In this document: positions 29,501 to 37,537 of the stretch, piece by piece
Numbering within the stretch: the stretch's first letter is position 1
Layout of the letters: every line of letters starts with the position of its first letter
Source: a virus
Taxonomy: Duplodnaviria; Caudoviricetes
IMG/VR virus record: IMGVR_UViG_3300030108_003227
Coordinates: 1 to 58,465 of that record
Length of the DNA stretch: 58,465 nucleotides
Reading direction: 5' to 3' (one strand)
The notes under the pieces: generated by a model
What the model was told of the DNA's origin: nothing
What the model saw: the letters and a program-made list of their open reading frames with translations, nothing else
Databases searched by the model: none
Position numbers and translations under genes: made by a program

Positions 29501-32500
29501 CAGCTTTGACGCAGAAGATAATGGATGGGCAAACTACTGAGGATGCAGAAGCATTCTTTGCAGCCAACCCCAGCACGTTGTCGATTGCTATCTTTTATAT
29601 AAAGAAATTCATTAACGGTTTCATCAGGGCATTCAGTGACGGCACCAAGGGGCTTAAGCCAGAAGAGCGAATTGCTGTGAACCGTATGCTGGTTGAACTT
29701 CGTGGGTTGGAGATGGGTTACCGTATGCCACGGCGAATGGACCCGAAGGCTGGTCCGGAAGAAACGGCACTCCAGTTTTTGAAGACCGTTGGTGCGGAGC
29801 CAACTGAAGAGGATGACACTATCAAAGTTGACAAAACCACGCTCCCACAAGAAATGCCGTCCGGTCTTGAGTCGGGGGTGGGGGGCACATTTGTTGTCGA
29901 GGGAGATGAGGACGTTGCTTACATGGAAGCAGTTGAGGCAGGGGACACTAAAACAGCTAAGGAAATACTCGTTAAGGCTACAGATAAGATCACTGTTGAT
30001 TCCTTCAGACAGCTCGCACATACCGTGACCTTGCAGCGCATGGGGGTTGGGTCTCTTCTCAGGGCGCAACAGGAGTATGATAAGAAGCAGGAAAAGTTAG
30101 CTGAGTTGGCTACTGAACCCACTGCGCCTACTGAACCTACCACACCCGTAGAGGAGGCAATAGGGGTAGAAGAAGTTCTTACCCCCGAGCAGAAAACTAA
30201 CTTGGATGCAGTCCTTAATGGAACCGCTCAAAAAGCGGCTCCTGTAGTAATCCCAAAAGAACAAGTTAAAGGAAAGATAGACACCTTAAAGGGTAAGACG
30301 TTTAATATACGAGGTGGCTCTTTTAAGTTCGCTGAACTTTCAGTTGGGTTTGAGTCCATAACAGGTAAACGAACCAAAACGGAAGGGGTCTTTTTCTTCG
30401 GAGGGGGGCGATTCTATGTGCAAGTAGAGATAAACGGAGTCCCCGTCACGTTTTACCAGTCCACTGGCAAAGGAGGAAAAGTATTACAGAGTGGCAGGTT
30501 TTACCCGACAATGGGCGTTGGCACTGACAAATTTATCCAAAAAACAGGAAGCAAGGACATGGCTCGCTTTTACGGGTCTCCTGAGATGGCGCAGGTTTCA
30601 GCTTTTCTGGACGCGGAATTTGGCAATTTATCCCATCTGTTACTTGGTGATGGGCGCGTAGCCGACCCCGATGTCGGGGTAGTTGGGACTAACGCCAAGA
30701 TCATGTCCCGCCTTAGTGCGGGTAGGAAAACTTACACCCAAGCAGAAATCAGTAAAGACCCCCGACTGGTCTTGGATCAGATGGATGGAATCCAGCAGAA
30801 GATCCGTGCTGGAGAACCTGCTCCTGCACCAGCGCCCACTCCAAAGCCGTCTAAGGAACACGCAGAACTCAAAAAGTTCTTTGACGATAAAGATGCTCTT
30901 CAACAGCAACTCTTTGATATGTGGGAGGAGAAGACAAAGGTTGGACCCAAGCACCTTGAGATAATCGTCCGCGACAAAGACGGTAACATCATCCCCTTAA
31001 GTCAAAGGTTAGGGTTTGATGTTAATGTGACCAAGGTGGAAGAAACGTCTCAGGTATTGGAGCCGAGGGTGCCAATCCAAGAATTTGATGAAAGCGGAGC
31101 ACCTATTACTGGCTTACCAAAATTCCGTGAAGAACTAAGTTTGTCTGAGCTGCAAAGTTTACTTGAAAATGAGGAGGAAGGTTCAGATAGAATCCCACTG
31201 ATTGAGTCGGCTATAGAACGCATCGAGAGTGAAATGCGGGACAGGGAAAAAACGAGCCGCCCACAGCCTGATGGAGACGCATTACTCAAGATGTTTGCTT
31301 CGGAATTAGGGATTAAAGTTGATGCCACTATCGACAAAGGTGGTGTGCTCTACTCTGGATTTGGTGCAAGACGGAGGCGTGGGGACACGGACTTCAACGC
31401 ATTTAATTTTGATTACGAGCAACTCTTCTCGCAGTTTGAGATGCCCGTGCTTGAGGTTGATGACCTGAAGATTGAAAAAGGATTTAAGGGTCTGATGAAA
31501 AAGCACCTTGTTGGATTGCTTCAACCAGAGATCCACCACTGGATGAAGCATCGTCAGGCTCTTAAGAAGACCGTAGCCACTGAACTTAAAATGGCGCAGG
31601 TTCAACTAAGGGGCCTGATAGAACAGGTCTATCCTGATGGATCAGTGCCTGTTGACCCTGATGGGCTAACCATTATTCAAAAAGCAACTGGATCAACAGA
31701 AGGTGTATTCCTTTCTGACGCTGTGTCAGCCCGACTCGATAAGGATCTAAACGATGCGAAGAAAGCAGCTTGGTTGAACGCACACACGCAATCCCAACAA
31801 GCTGGGGCAGACATAAAGCAGATCCAAAAAGATCAAAGGGATGCGGTAAACGCAGCTAAAGCCAAGTATGAATCAGACATTAAAGCTGAGTTGGTAAACC
31901 GCAGAGCTGAGATCGTGGCCGAGCGGGATGCAGCACGAACACGAATTGCTAAGGACTCGAAAGAGTTGCTGGTTGCTTTGATCAACCTGAGAAAATTAGC
32001 GGACAAGTTTACCAATAAACTAGAAGCAATACATAAAGAGTCTGTCATTAAGGGAACCACTGGTAAGTATGATGTTAAGATCAGCGATAACAATGGCATC
32101 TACCTGACGCGCACATACAAGATATTCTTGGACGTTGGGTATGCCGATGCCGTCCGGAAGAATCCGGAATACCAAGAGGAGCGGGATGCTGCTATCGCTT
32201 TCTTTGAGAAAACCCACCTTGAAAACGAAGAGGGCAAACTTCGTATGGAGCACCCTGCTAAGACGGATGCCGAGATCAAACAAATGGCCAAGGACAACAT
32301 GGTTGGCCGCAAGATTGGTGAGCGTGCGCTTGAAGCCTTCATCAGTTCATACGAAATGAAGGGCAGCGGGGATGCATATATGTCCGCGCAGGAATCAATC
32401 AAGTCGATGGTTGATAACTTGAAGGCCAAGAAGAACATACCGAAACCATTACGGGACATTCTGGGTGAGCAGAAAGATAAGACCACACCAGACAACCTGC

Positions 32501-34590
32501 TCCGCACAATAATGACAGTGGGTTCGATGGCAGCTAATCAATCGTTCTTAAACTCAATAGCAAAAGCTGGGTTAGACAAAGGGTGGCTAGTCACTGAAGA
32601 AGAGTTCAACAGCAACAGGGACAAATACGTTGATCCTGAAACCAACAAAGAGTGGCAGCGTGTTGTGCAGCATACATCTGACAGGCAATACAACCCCCTG
32701 TCAGGATTGTATGGTCGTCCAGAGTTGGCAGGAGCCTTCGCAGAAACCTTCAAGGAATACGGAACATCCTACGCAAATGATTCTGAGAAGCTCATGGCGG
32801 GGTCGTTCAGGTATTTCCAGAAACTGACAGGTTATTCGATGGCCTCCAAGACTCTTGGAAGCACGGGTTTCTACATGAGGAACGCTTTAAGTAACGTCCT
32901 GTTCTTTGGACCCATGCAAATGGGTGGGGTAGGAAACCTGATGTTGAGCAAGGACTATTTCACAAATTTTGTAACAGAGTTGAAACGCGCCCATAAAGGA
33001 GACAGGGCTAAACTTGACGACGAACTAGCTAAGTTACGTTCACTCCGGATAATTGGTGACGAGAGCAGGACCAACACAATGAGGCAGTTGATGCTTGGAG
33101 AAAGGTCACTTGAGGAGGTGGAGCAGGATTTCATCAGTAGACTGGAAGACGCCGAGGGCGCTGTTGGAAAAGCAAAGGAGAAGGCGGGGCAGGGTGTCGA
33201 ATACCTTTCTCGTATGGCGGCAGCAATGGATGCGTTTTTCAAAATCGCATATTATAAAAATGAACTTAAGGTGTTGGAGAAAGCCTACGCCAACGAGCTG
33301 TCTTCTTTAAGTCCGGAAGACCGTGCAACAAGGATGTCTCAGATTGAAAAGGAGGCCGCTTCCAAAGTCCTCCGGACAACGCAGGCTTACTCCGAGGCAC
33401 CACCGTTGGTGCGGGCGCTACAGAGATCCGTGTGGGGTTCCTTCCTTGCACCGTTCGTTCGCTTCAAGGCTGATGTAATCAGGGTGATGTATAATACCGT
33501 CAAGGTTGCGATGGAGGAGCGAGCGAGTGGTAACGCTGTTTTGATAAAACGAGGTAACCAAAGATTGCGTGGGTTCGCATTCACGATTGGTGGCTTGTCG
33601 TTCCTTGTTCCGTTGCTCCTGAGAATGATCTTCGGAGTGGGTGAAGAAGAAGATGAAGCATACAAAGCGGCGGGTCCGAAGTGGGCGAGACACAACACGC
33701 TGTGGTATCGCCGCAAAAAGAATGGTGAGTTGGAAGCGTGGAACCTGACGTTCCTTAATCCGTTCTCCACTGTGATGGACGGGGTGAACAGCGCCGTCTT
33801 GGGTGAGTTCTTCGGTGGGGGCAGCTTGGACAGTGCCATTGAGGTTGGTCTGTCAGCAGTGTTTGTTGACCAGTTTCTTGATGATCAGATATTCTCCAGT
33901 GCCTTGAAGGAAGCATTTGTTAAAGGTGTTGATGATACAACAGGCAAGAGAGTATGGATCGAAGGTGTTGATACGGGGGTCAACAAACTGTTAAAGCAAC
34001 TCCACCATACTTGGAATAAGGGTTTCGAGCCGAGAGTGTGGACGAAGATGGAGGCCGCGTGGAAGGCCAGTAAGGGTGACTACACCGAGTTGGAATACAG
34101 CCCGATGGGTATTATCTTCAACGAGTTCAAGCCAGTGCGTTCACGCACAGTAAAACCTGACCAACTCTTAAAGCAGTATATCTTTAAGATGGAACAAGCT
34201 AGGTCACAGATCCGTGAGAAGTTCAGACCGCTCTACAACAAGAATGTTTCTGTCTCTGAAGACGAGATATTCGATATCTACGACGAAGTGTATGAGGGGT
34301 TGAAGGACATCAACAAGGACATCATTCGTAAGATGGGTGGTTTTGAAGGGTTGGGCTTATCCAAGGCTGATATTTACAAGATATCGAGGGGCACTGGTGG
34401 TGGGCCTAAGATGGGCAAGCGCAGAACAGAACTACTTATGAATGGCTACATGGAGAAGCCTGTTCTGTCAGCCAACAAGGTTGCTATTATGATGAAGGAA
34501 GCTGAGACAGATCCAAAAATGGCCGAGCGACTGAGGATCTTTGTTGAAGCGGCCAAGCGATACGACCGCTTCAGTAAGATCGACGATTGA
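20548..34590 (+). CDS. Giant virion/ejection (large polyvalent-type) protein, 4680 aa
   Basis: 14-kb ORF; no Cys seen; Gly-rich hydrophobic segments; degenerate zincin-like motifs; C-terminal region resembling large polyvalent proteins. Confidence 0.7.
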   Translation: MSEEQFNPLDVLKRAEDILPSEPTADQRIEVSGYDDWLKNQDIQDPLEGHLGYGDYLREEYVKAEAYNGGIERKIKEELGAALVGKGLLTNENKDEVTSRIDAYGKPDFEKQVRDMVAHTGLEQDDWHNGAAYLAKKDTATPEELESILEQAESSVNRTRNAVLQSKLDSGEIAFARFTSEDGRSYVKAGDAAMQIPMHEALRRSREAGGGVNMADALEIQSTGLLDTPEGMSAPRYKLVQLSELEKLIHAEIKNDPKIAIQVEALGKRMAENDYSSFDHFEEGFRKRVSLPVRKFFENMIGTISDPKPLGTEREEAVDRAMSKDIDETVMEISNKYNKDPDAVRTALQEVVVNNAPMKVFKDESNVGDNIRLDGYGLPYVPAAVKLNDDLFESALEARSDISAATKEALRTERDSFLTTNFVDISKKLTESELSKDWLDHLNKGRKSGLKDRDILSAFTSNPDNRTYADTIFGDLDLGWRDLYRPLTSAFSTVFALGGADWAKEHLKDIAEDNNQRRELAELFGGKLGMAQDLIKLAPEVTVDIGATALLSKFGGRAAATSLAATKAPLYSSMTKKGVLKALTTNAFRRKAGQETADLAENLAAQNLIRNATSKTALDALEAYNKVNLRAITVSSIGLTAANRSAGATYGTVYNQMLKSGASEEDAHDRALGTGMVAGTVTGLITGSFSAFGVGGMEDALLSGMSYRNLKDISNRIIQKADHVSIDGVSDALLQSAIKESAKSVLRKNFFGKGILKAGSAEFAEEALDEFVNTFVTDAGLEQDTPIFDHMKHSLYAGVLGGIMGSAAPVISSAARRVRPDRMREVQEARAYEQRIITDITDRLKEANSEVTADVVKDILEADLYTMPQQEVVTESDIDAETLAETQDAPPETLEEFLSAFNTVSEEDIQEEIESVMGPRLAQMERDVTKEDDQSVFILDEAGEGIVYTNDLVPADKNLTPELSEKLETKPHLLTMDQTLWESYDPEFAALVKDRFKKDKDGKLASPLSEQQQDFVDAKIQEFAAAQRKIVELAAKKGRPIKTPTLGPQPLEDLGLTKEEYFELDRLRMEDRGEVGVVAGTSLGVERIFNTKPVSEQTGDEGIETVTKFQLITKVTYDSNDTAPFVVAPNAERTVSDDGSITDIISRGYFSTKKEAQKEAKNVEDVTGLKAEIVPVSVPVKKRKKVEVGDVEVAKVTEYQVFITKKAEPEVEEEVEEEEEVEELAPMPEVGETIKYLPYPNAKELETAEVRKITDEGIILVEDKEMGAEVEVKLSEIVTDKKEAKRAAKTTRKRTKKPKEPKAELVASFGTQEEANQKVEELRKQYTVEQADIEIKPVKKDRTDFSGVTSGGVPVFEEGGLEQRAEAESATHNDMLNRIKELGKKLNDPVKVRDGKKPLLTFKEAREKLIELLDKKNDKEAKAERKEQRDAFEEIEDTYEKAIQQAEFDFEVGDINAALLEIEKKAALTSRYQKLVKLRRNKKAQDLLKEAQKKQAEGTPLLIKGRGNTLREGQIIKDKNGNLQLKPLRGRDKNPITPVDVNGNIYLVTSKIDPITKQKVWHEFGRQDVGANYNTKEKFIQYLKYGPKDAPSKMPWEGLRLSAEESAEVGAIANYGLPPAGLSQTKRFGITKQRKAKGFYPSLNRAITKRIYQLYPVLPVSRPTNGSVITAVDKVTGYSPWAEVTSEKGRVVKGKKRKDPNLFPAQPTSYRPKAFVYKNGVGVFDNDPIAMSVLLGKHPIIIPDSFTGRINKAFRYQRIDGDLVVTDIVGVGANGVAQSMKRKKETTIPFSRVALDKEAGFLGLFKSLSLFRNDKTGKTAEVENPNGAGITTVEDLLNDLNDIIENAGKVNLEEEARLSDRKRIAGMKLGEDATIEDQQNALESIGYSSKRAAAEIERLRQDIRITQDQILIAETREESDRLNEVLSARQGELGVALIEFSNSVIPAAKILAVADENVKDNLDRYTKAEGEVKSLQRRIDELADTEKKINKLGKSGSVSKFVFGIGELKAEIQNDPNNQDLVDRLAALEKEAQANKKYQEYEAARKKYLDLLDDKANKNIADQIANAQERQTLQLEGLHRAVLAKEKVIAGGSVAATRDPFAAKKYLDRILSSRRSGKIEEEFRGDAEAALRTEYELHALMFQLRQDMRPFVDSDGNFIDGEAKANIRKAISILLSRIDHPLIAGPTAKKTAKGAIAKEAKQEFAVVLNNLADLGMDNADVNHVEVYRQFIEKLFINGPTYWARGDTLPSFEAVGQRVANNILKQQARRNVRNRNKKLYGQDSIPYPDVEERLSEEERLSGEDKGQSLFFRHFISYDLKQDELLFLIDDLQQDVINILENNPEIRRAFDTLLKEGPFIEMPDFNPAELSAESAWAEMVAYVRQASIGETLGVEGPEGATGAAGVEGGSAVTIDGQLVRRKIATGNVAPLAFLKKLEKGSTPEAQAIKRAFRIYRMADFEFSRDPFKIANPENIAGLKETLADPTVSAEEKSAVTEQLSEVDDALEYTNWLKDEIRYQLAHRVDGNLDLPSELRETILTFQAQNVHKAINEMQARSFFSKSQFAKAIDVAVAGTVNNRNILRLGLDNTSESVLKAMDKIYASEPKEYQRKMARLFGSDQPNAGFVRGVRFQLGLIDNSYASKTEVLADGRIGVTLNAKGWNGRGVTDTLIRSFLHAKLLHNLKSAELTEKQQAAKGKIEATLKALRKKFGGNTQPVMRSGTKSLKDFVDHIFDSSDFQSALKVRLSKKGMPSFDQTLNSLLILTDQRAEVNGDAKFKKSFKDMVDLAGFTYSSPTTPAGVRDEAVTHAGQALAEHDNVHRILGSRLKKQNEEKELSEEDKKELSERANLLAAVAMSRVPAEIEVVMTSIPNGKVAAFDMVSGQLLFDPRNAAIATLERGMDRVSSQGMIGRVIREEMAHKSAKAALTAGMVKAVMDASSDVDYQNDIDAYYGEGTPEAEAAASRLKDPSSEVAFKEKERLVQERLAALTQKIMDGQTTEDAEAFFAANPSTLSIAIFYIKKFINGFIRAFSDGTKGLKPEERIAVNRMLVELRGLEMGYRMPRRMDPKAGPEETALQFLKTVGAEPTEEDDTIKVDKTTLPQEMPSGLESGVGGTFVVEGDEDVAYMEAVEAGDTKTAKEILVKATDKITVDSFRQLAHTVTLQRMGVGSLLRAQQEYDKKQEKLAELATEPTAPTEPTTPVEEAIGVEEVLTPEQKTNLDAVLNGTAQKAAPVVIPKEQVKGKIDTLKGKTFNIRGGSFKFAELSVGFESITGKRTKTEGVFFFGGGRFYVQVEINGVPVTFYQSTGKGGKVLQSGRFYPTMGVGTDKFIQKTGSKDMARFYGSPEMAQVSAFLDAEFGNLSHLLLGDGRVADPDVGVVGTNAKIMSRLSAGRKTYTQAEISKDPRLVLDQMDGIQQKIRAGEPAPAPAPTPKPSKEHAELKKFFDDKDALQQQLFDMWEEKTKVGPKHLEIIVRDKDGNIIPLSQRLGFDVNVTKVEETSQVLEPRVPIQEFDESGAPITGLPKFREELSLSELQSLLENEEEGSDRIPLIESAIERIESEMRDREKTSRPQPDGDALLKMFASELGIKVDATIDKGGVLYSGFGARRRRGDTDFNAFNFDYEQLFSQFEMPVLEVDDLKIEKGFKGLMKKHLVGLLQPEIHHWMKHRQALKKTVATELKMAQVQLRGLIEQVYPDGSVPVDPDGLTIIQKATGSTEGVFLSDAVSARLDKDLNDAKKAAWLNAHTQSQQAGADIKQIQKDQRDAVNAAKAKYESDIKAELVNRRAEIVAERDAARTRIAKDSKELLVALINLRKLADKFTNKLEAIHKESVIKGTTGKYDVKISDNNGIYLTRTYKIFLDVGYADAVRKNPEYQEERDAAIAFFEKTHLENEEGKLRMEHPAKTDAEIKQMAKDNMVGRKIGERALEAFISSYEMKGSGDAYMSAQESIKSMVDNLKAKKNIPKPLRDILGEQKDKTTPDNLLRTIMTVGSMAANQSFLNSIAKAGLDKGWLVTEEEFNSNRDKYVDPETNKEWQRVVQHTSDRQYNPLSGLYGRPELAGAFAETFKEYGTSYANDSEKLMAGSFRYFQKLTGYSMASKTLGSTGFYMRNALSNVLFFGPMQMGGVGNLMLSKDYFTNFVTELKRAHKGDRAKLDDELAKLRSLRIIGDESRTNTMRQLMLGERSLEEVEQDFISRLEDAEGAVGKAKEKAGQGVEYLSRMAAAMDAFFKIAYYKNELKVLEKAYANELSSLSPEDRATRMSQIEKEAASKVLRTTQAYSEAPPLVRALQRSVWGSFLAPFVRFKADVIRVMYNTVKVAMEERASGNAVLIKRGNQRLRGFAFTIGGLSFLVPLLLRMIFGVGEEEDEAYKAAGPKWARHNTLWYRRKKNGELEAWNLTFLNPFSTVMDGVNSAVLGEFFGGGSLDSAIEVGLSAVFVDQFLDDQIFSSALKEAFVKGVDDTTGKRVWIEGVDTGVNKLLKQLHHTWNKGFEPRVWTKMEAAWKASKGDYTELEYSPMGIIFNEFKPVRSRTVKPDQLLKQYIFKMEQARSQIREKFRPLYNKNVSVSEDEIFDIYDEVYEGLKDINKDIIRKMGGFEGLGLSKADIYKISRGTGGGPKMGKRRTELLMNGYMEKPVLSANKVAIMMKEAETDPKMAERLRIFVEAAKRYDRFSKIDD

Positions 34591-34593
34591 TTA

Positions 34594-34788
34594 TTATTGT
34601 TTCGTCACATCTGACTTAAGGTTGCTCACATCCGTAAGGAAGTGTCGGTAACCCATGAGGTATAATCTATCGAGTGCCGTTTCTAACTGATCTTTAGTCC
34701 ACTTTCTATCGGCTACATTGCTCACGATCTCTTTAACAAGATTGGCGTGTTCAGTAGCGTTGTTTGGTTTCCGTTTAGTCTTGCTCAT
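34594..34788 (-). CDS. Hypothetical protein, 64 aa
   Basis: Last ORF of the early block, convergent with the giant gene. Confidence 0.55.
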   Translation of the reverse strand: MSKTKRKPNNATEHANLVKEIVSNVADRKWTKDQLETALDRLYLMGYRHFLTDVSNLKSDVTKQ

Positions 34789-35002
34789 CTTTAAGTGATT
34801 TATGGTATAGCTTAGTTAAGCGAGTTGCTACGCTCTCTCCGAGATGGTGCATGAGGTGTTCTGGGATGGGTGCGCCGATGAACCCACCAATGATGGGATA
34901 CATACGGGTGGATGACGGGGCGACCACATCATCGTCCATGATCTCTCCTTGCAGGATTATCGGCGCACCCTTCGGTTGGTATTCTCTTATCAGGTGTCGC
35001 AC
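34775..35002 (-). CDS. Hypothetical protein, 75 aa
   Basis: Overlapping operon ORF. Confidence 0.5.
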   Translation of the reverse strand: MRHLIREYQPKGAPIILQGEIMDDDVVAPSSTRMYPIIGGFIGAPIPEHLMHHLGESVATRLTKLYHKSLKDEQD

Positions 35003-35466
35003 CCCAACTGCCCCCCGATGTTCTTGATGCTGGCAGCAGCCAATGATTCCGCTTCGATCCTTGTGATCTCATCGTAAGCATCACCCCAAGGGCCGTAGGT
35101 TTCATGCTTAAGCATGTTCTCCCTAACTTGTTTTAGGTCATACTCGTAGTAAGGGAATTGGTCAGGGTCCACACCGCCGAGGGCGAAGTAGGTAAGGGCG
35201 GGGATCAACCCACCCTTACCATTCGCAATGTCGAGGACGATGCGGAGTTCCTTGTTCAGAAGGAAGGCGTGTCCAAAGCGCACCCCTTCGATTGGCCCCT
35301 GTCCGAGACACATGGTATGCACTAGCCTCCAGTCTTGTGGGTCCGCGTAGGGTGTGTAGTCCACCCACTTGCGGTCCACCAGAGCGTGCAGCGAAGACTC
35401 GTAACAATCTCCGTTACCCTCGTTTGTATATTCTACGTTAATGCTCATTGTTCTAATAGGGGCCAA
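34990..35466 (-). CDS. Putative papain/transglutaminase-fold protein
   Basis: GDCYE...GHAFL...VLD, a possible Cys-His-Asp triad; start may be ATG 35448. Confidence 0.45.
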   Translation of the reverse strand: MAPIRTMSINVEYTNEGNGDCYESSLHALVDRKWVDYTPYADPQDWRLVHTMCLGQGPIEGVRFGHAFLLNKELRIVLDIANGKGGLIPALTYFALGGVDPDQFPYYEYDLKQVRENMLKHETYGPWGDAYDEITRIEAESLAAASIKNIGGQLGCDT

Positions 35467-35777
35467 CTGTTTCTAGGCGCATCCATGTATTCGTGCATCC
35501 CTTCGATACTGAAGAGTTCGTTGTTAGTCACCTTGTGGACGGCGTTGATAAGCGGGAGGTAAGCCGTGCCACTCCCTTCAGGCCCCCAAAGTTTACCAAG
35601 CACCGCAGATGCCTCGATGAATGTTGTGAATGCTTCGATGTCATTCAAGTGCATCGTGCGGATTGATCCCACTGAGGTGAACACACAGATTGACCAGCGG
35701 CACCGTGCGCTCTCTTCGCGCACGGCGGTGACAGTGATCGTGGTGTCCTTGTCCAGTTTGATTTGTTCTTTGTTCAT
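35445..35777 (-). CDS. Hypothetical protein, 110 aa
   Basis: Coupled ORF. Confidence 0.55.
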   Translation of the reverse strand: MNKEQIKLDKDTTITVTAVREESARCRWSICVFTSVGSIRTMHLNDIEAFTTFIEASAVLGKLWGPEGSGTAYLPLINAVHKVTNNELFSIEGMHEYMDAPRNSWPLLEQ

Positions 35778-36241
35778 TATACTGTTTCGGTAGATTTTAT
35801 TTTAGCCATGTGGTCAGCGAGGATCAGCGACTCGTTCAAGTGCCTCTCGTATGATTCAAGCGAATCCAGTTTCTCAACGATCCTGTCGAACAGATCCACC
35901 AGTGTCACGGCAGACACGGTGACCTCACCCTCCAGCCAAATCGGAGGTCGTTGGTCCTCATGCTTGTTCCAGTGGATCGAATCCATCCGGTAGGTGAACG
36001 TGCATTCCCACGGCTCATACGAATCGTCACCGCAGTAGTAAGGCGGCTTGTCATACTCCAGCGTCCACTTTCTGGCGCGGGAATCAAATATCTTGCCGAT
36101 GACTTTCCTTGCCTCATCACGCATTTGATGGAAGGAGTAGCTTCCAGAGGTAGGGTAGTCCTTTTCAGGAAGCTCCCCCTCTTTTTCGACCACGGTGCGG
36201 TAAGCCTTGGTCCGCTTGTTGTATTTTACTTTGTTGCTCAT
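35777..36241 (-). CDS. Hypothetical protein, 154 aa
   Basis: A/C-rich leader before the ATG. Confidence 0.65.
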   Translation of the reverse strand: MSNKVKYNKRTKAYRTVVEKEGELPEKDYPTSGSYSFHQMRDEARKVIGKIFDSRARKWTLEYDKPPYYCGDDSYEPWECTFTYRMDSIHWNKHEDQRPPIWLEGEVTVSAVTLVDLFDRIVEKLDSLESYERHLNESLILADHMAKIKSTETV

Positions 36242-36275
36242 TTGTTTATTGGTTTGGTTTGTTGTTGTTTGGTTT

Positions 36276-36320
36276 GGTTGCCGCTTTTCTCAGGCAAGCG
36301 GCCAGCCGTCAACTCTTTTC
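36276..36320 (-). promoter_or_regulatory. Repeat family B promoter/inverted repeat, copy 1
   Basis: Minus TTGACG-17-GAAAAG with inverted repeat GCCGCTT/AAGCGGC. Confidence 0.5.
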
Positions 36321-36628
36321 TAAAGTTTATGGACTAACTTCTGCAACTCCTCCACTTGGGCAAGTGCTTCATGAAGGACCGCATCCTTGTCAACCTTGGG
36401 TTGGTGTAACCCGATCAGCTTGTCATGCAAGCTGTCGAGTTCCTGCTTGATGACCATCTGTGCAGACTTGCGTTGCATAGCTGGGAGATATTTCCTTACG
36501 TCGATAATCATTTTTCTACTTAAGTGAGGTTGCCGCATCTTGTGCAGCCCACCGAGTTGACCACGCTCTCCGTGAGCCGTTGGTTGTTCGCCAGAACTTG
36601 CCATCTTCAAAGATGGAATAAGTCCCAT
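36320..36628 (-). CDS. Hypothetical protein, ~102 aa
   Basis: ORF on the early strand; start uncertain. Confidence 0.5.
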   Translation of the reverse strand: MGLIPSLKMASSGEQPTAHGERGQLGGLHKMRQPHLSRKMIIDVRKYLPAMQRKSAQMVIKQELDSLHDKLIGLHQPKVDKDAVLHEALAQVEELQKLVHKL

Positions 36629-36682
36629 GCCGCCACGGTTCTGTCGGACTCCATGAGAACTTAACTATTCTTCGTGTGGTAA

Positions 36683-36901
36683 TCATTTTTCCAGTTTATG
36701 TTGGGCGGCTGCGTCATCTAATAGCTTTCGCCAAGCCTTGACTCCGACATTGCGGTAGCGAAAGAATGCTCTGCGGAGTTCTTCCGCTTCCCATACGGAC
36801 TTAACTTGCATTGCCGCTTGAATAAAAGCTGCCCTATATTCGCTAGTCATCGTCCTGCTATACCATGAACGGCGTGTTATTTCTTCTAAGTCTTTAATCA
36901 T
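36683..36901 (-). CDS. Hypothetical protein, 72 aa
   Basis: ORF on the early strand. Confidence 0.55.
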   Translation of the reverse strand: MIKDLEEITRRSWYSRTMTSEYRAAFIQAAMQVKSVWEAEELRRAFFRYRNVGVKAWRKLLDDAAAQHKLEK

Positions 36902-36918
36902 TGTTCTGTTGGTTCGGG

Positions 36919-37278
36919 TTAGTGGTATTCAGGGTTAGCGGGGTCCATGATGTGGTTAGCATATCGCTCCGCATCTTCCTCCTCCCATGCGGGAGAACCG
37001 TAGACAGGATAATCGCGGGTCCAATACTTAAGTTGGATCACACCACGCGCAATGATCTTGTCGCAGAGTGCTTGTGCTTTCTCCTCTTCACTCGATTCAA
37101 AGCCCACATCCATCAGGCAGAAGCGTTCACCACGCTCTGTTGTAGCCTTGATGAATATCTGCTTTCCCCACACAGCACCACGCGGGTTCGTCATGTCGGC
37201 GTGCTCATGGTGGAAGCACCGGATGTATTCATCCTCGAAAGGATATGCATTGACGATTTTGATTTTGTTTTTGTCCAT
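36919..37278 (-). CDS. Hypothetical protein, 119 aa
   Basis: Leader AAACAAATAAGACAATG. Confidence 0.65.
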   Translation of the reverse strand: MDKNKIKIVNAYPFEDEYIRCFHHEHADMTNPRGAVWGKQIFIKATTERGERFCLMDVGFESSEEEKAQALCDKIIARGVIQLKYWTRDYPVYGSPAWEEEDAERYANHIMDPANPEYH

Positions 37279-37291
37279 TGTCTTATTTGTT

Positions 37292-37465
37292 TTACTCTTC
37301 TAAATACTGGTCAAAACTACGGTAACCCGTCACTGCATACAGGACGCTTTCCATAGTTTCTAAACTCCATCCGTTTATCGCGGTGACTACTTTAAGGGTG
37401 TCTTCAGAAACCCCTGCGTGTTCGATTAAGCAATCCCATGCTTCGTTTACTATAGTGTTACTCAT
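37292..37465 (-). CDS. Hypothetical acidic protein, 57 aa (not in ORF track)
   Basis: MSNTIVNEAWDCLIEHAGVSEDTLKVVTAINGWSLETMESVLYAVTGYRSFDQYLEE; same AAACAAATAAGACAATG leader. Confidence 0.65.
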   Translation of the reverse strand: MSNTIVNEAWDCLIEHAGVSEDTLKVVTAINGWSLETMESVLYAVTGYRSFDQYLEE

Positions 37466-37497
37466 TGTCTTATTTGTTTTTTAGTTTTTGGTTTTAA

Positions 37498-37529
37498 GGT
37501 TGCCCCTTTTATCAGGCAAGGGGCCAGCC
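37498..37529 (-). promoter_or_regulatory. Repeat family B, copy 2 (lacks -35)
   Basis: Plus GGTTGCCCCTTTTATCAGGCAAGGGGCCAGCC. Confidence 0.5.
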
Positions 37530-37537
37530 TTTGGGTT

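Noticed and set aside
20548-34590. Calling the giant protein a virion RNA polymerase
   Set aside because: No DxDGD/DFDID or T7-type motif was recognised; size and lack of Cys alone are insufficient.
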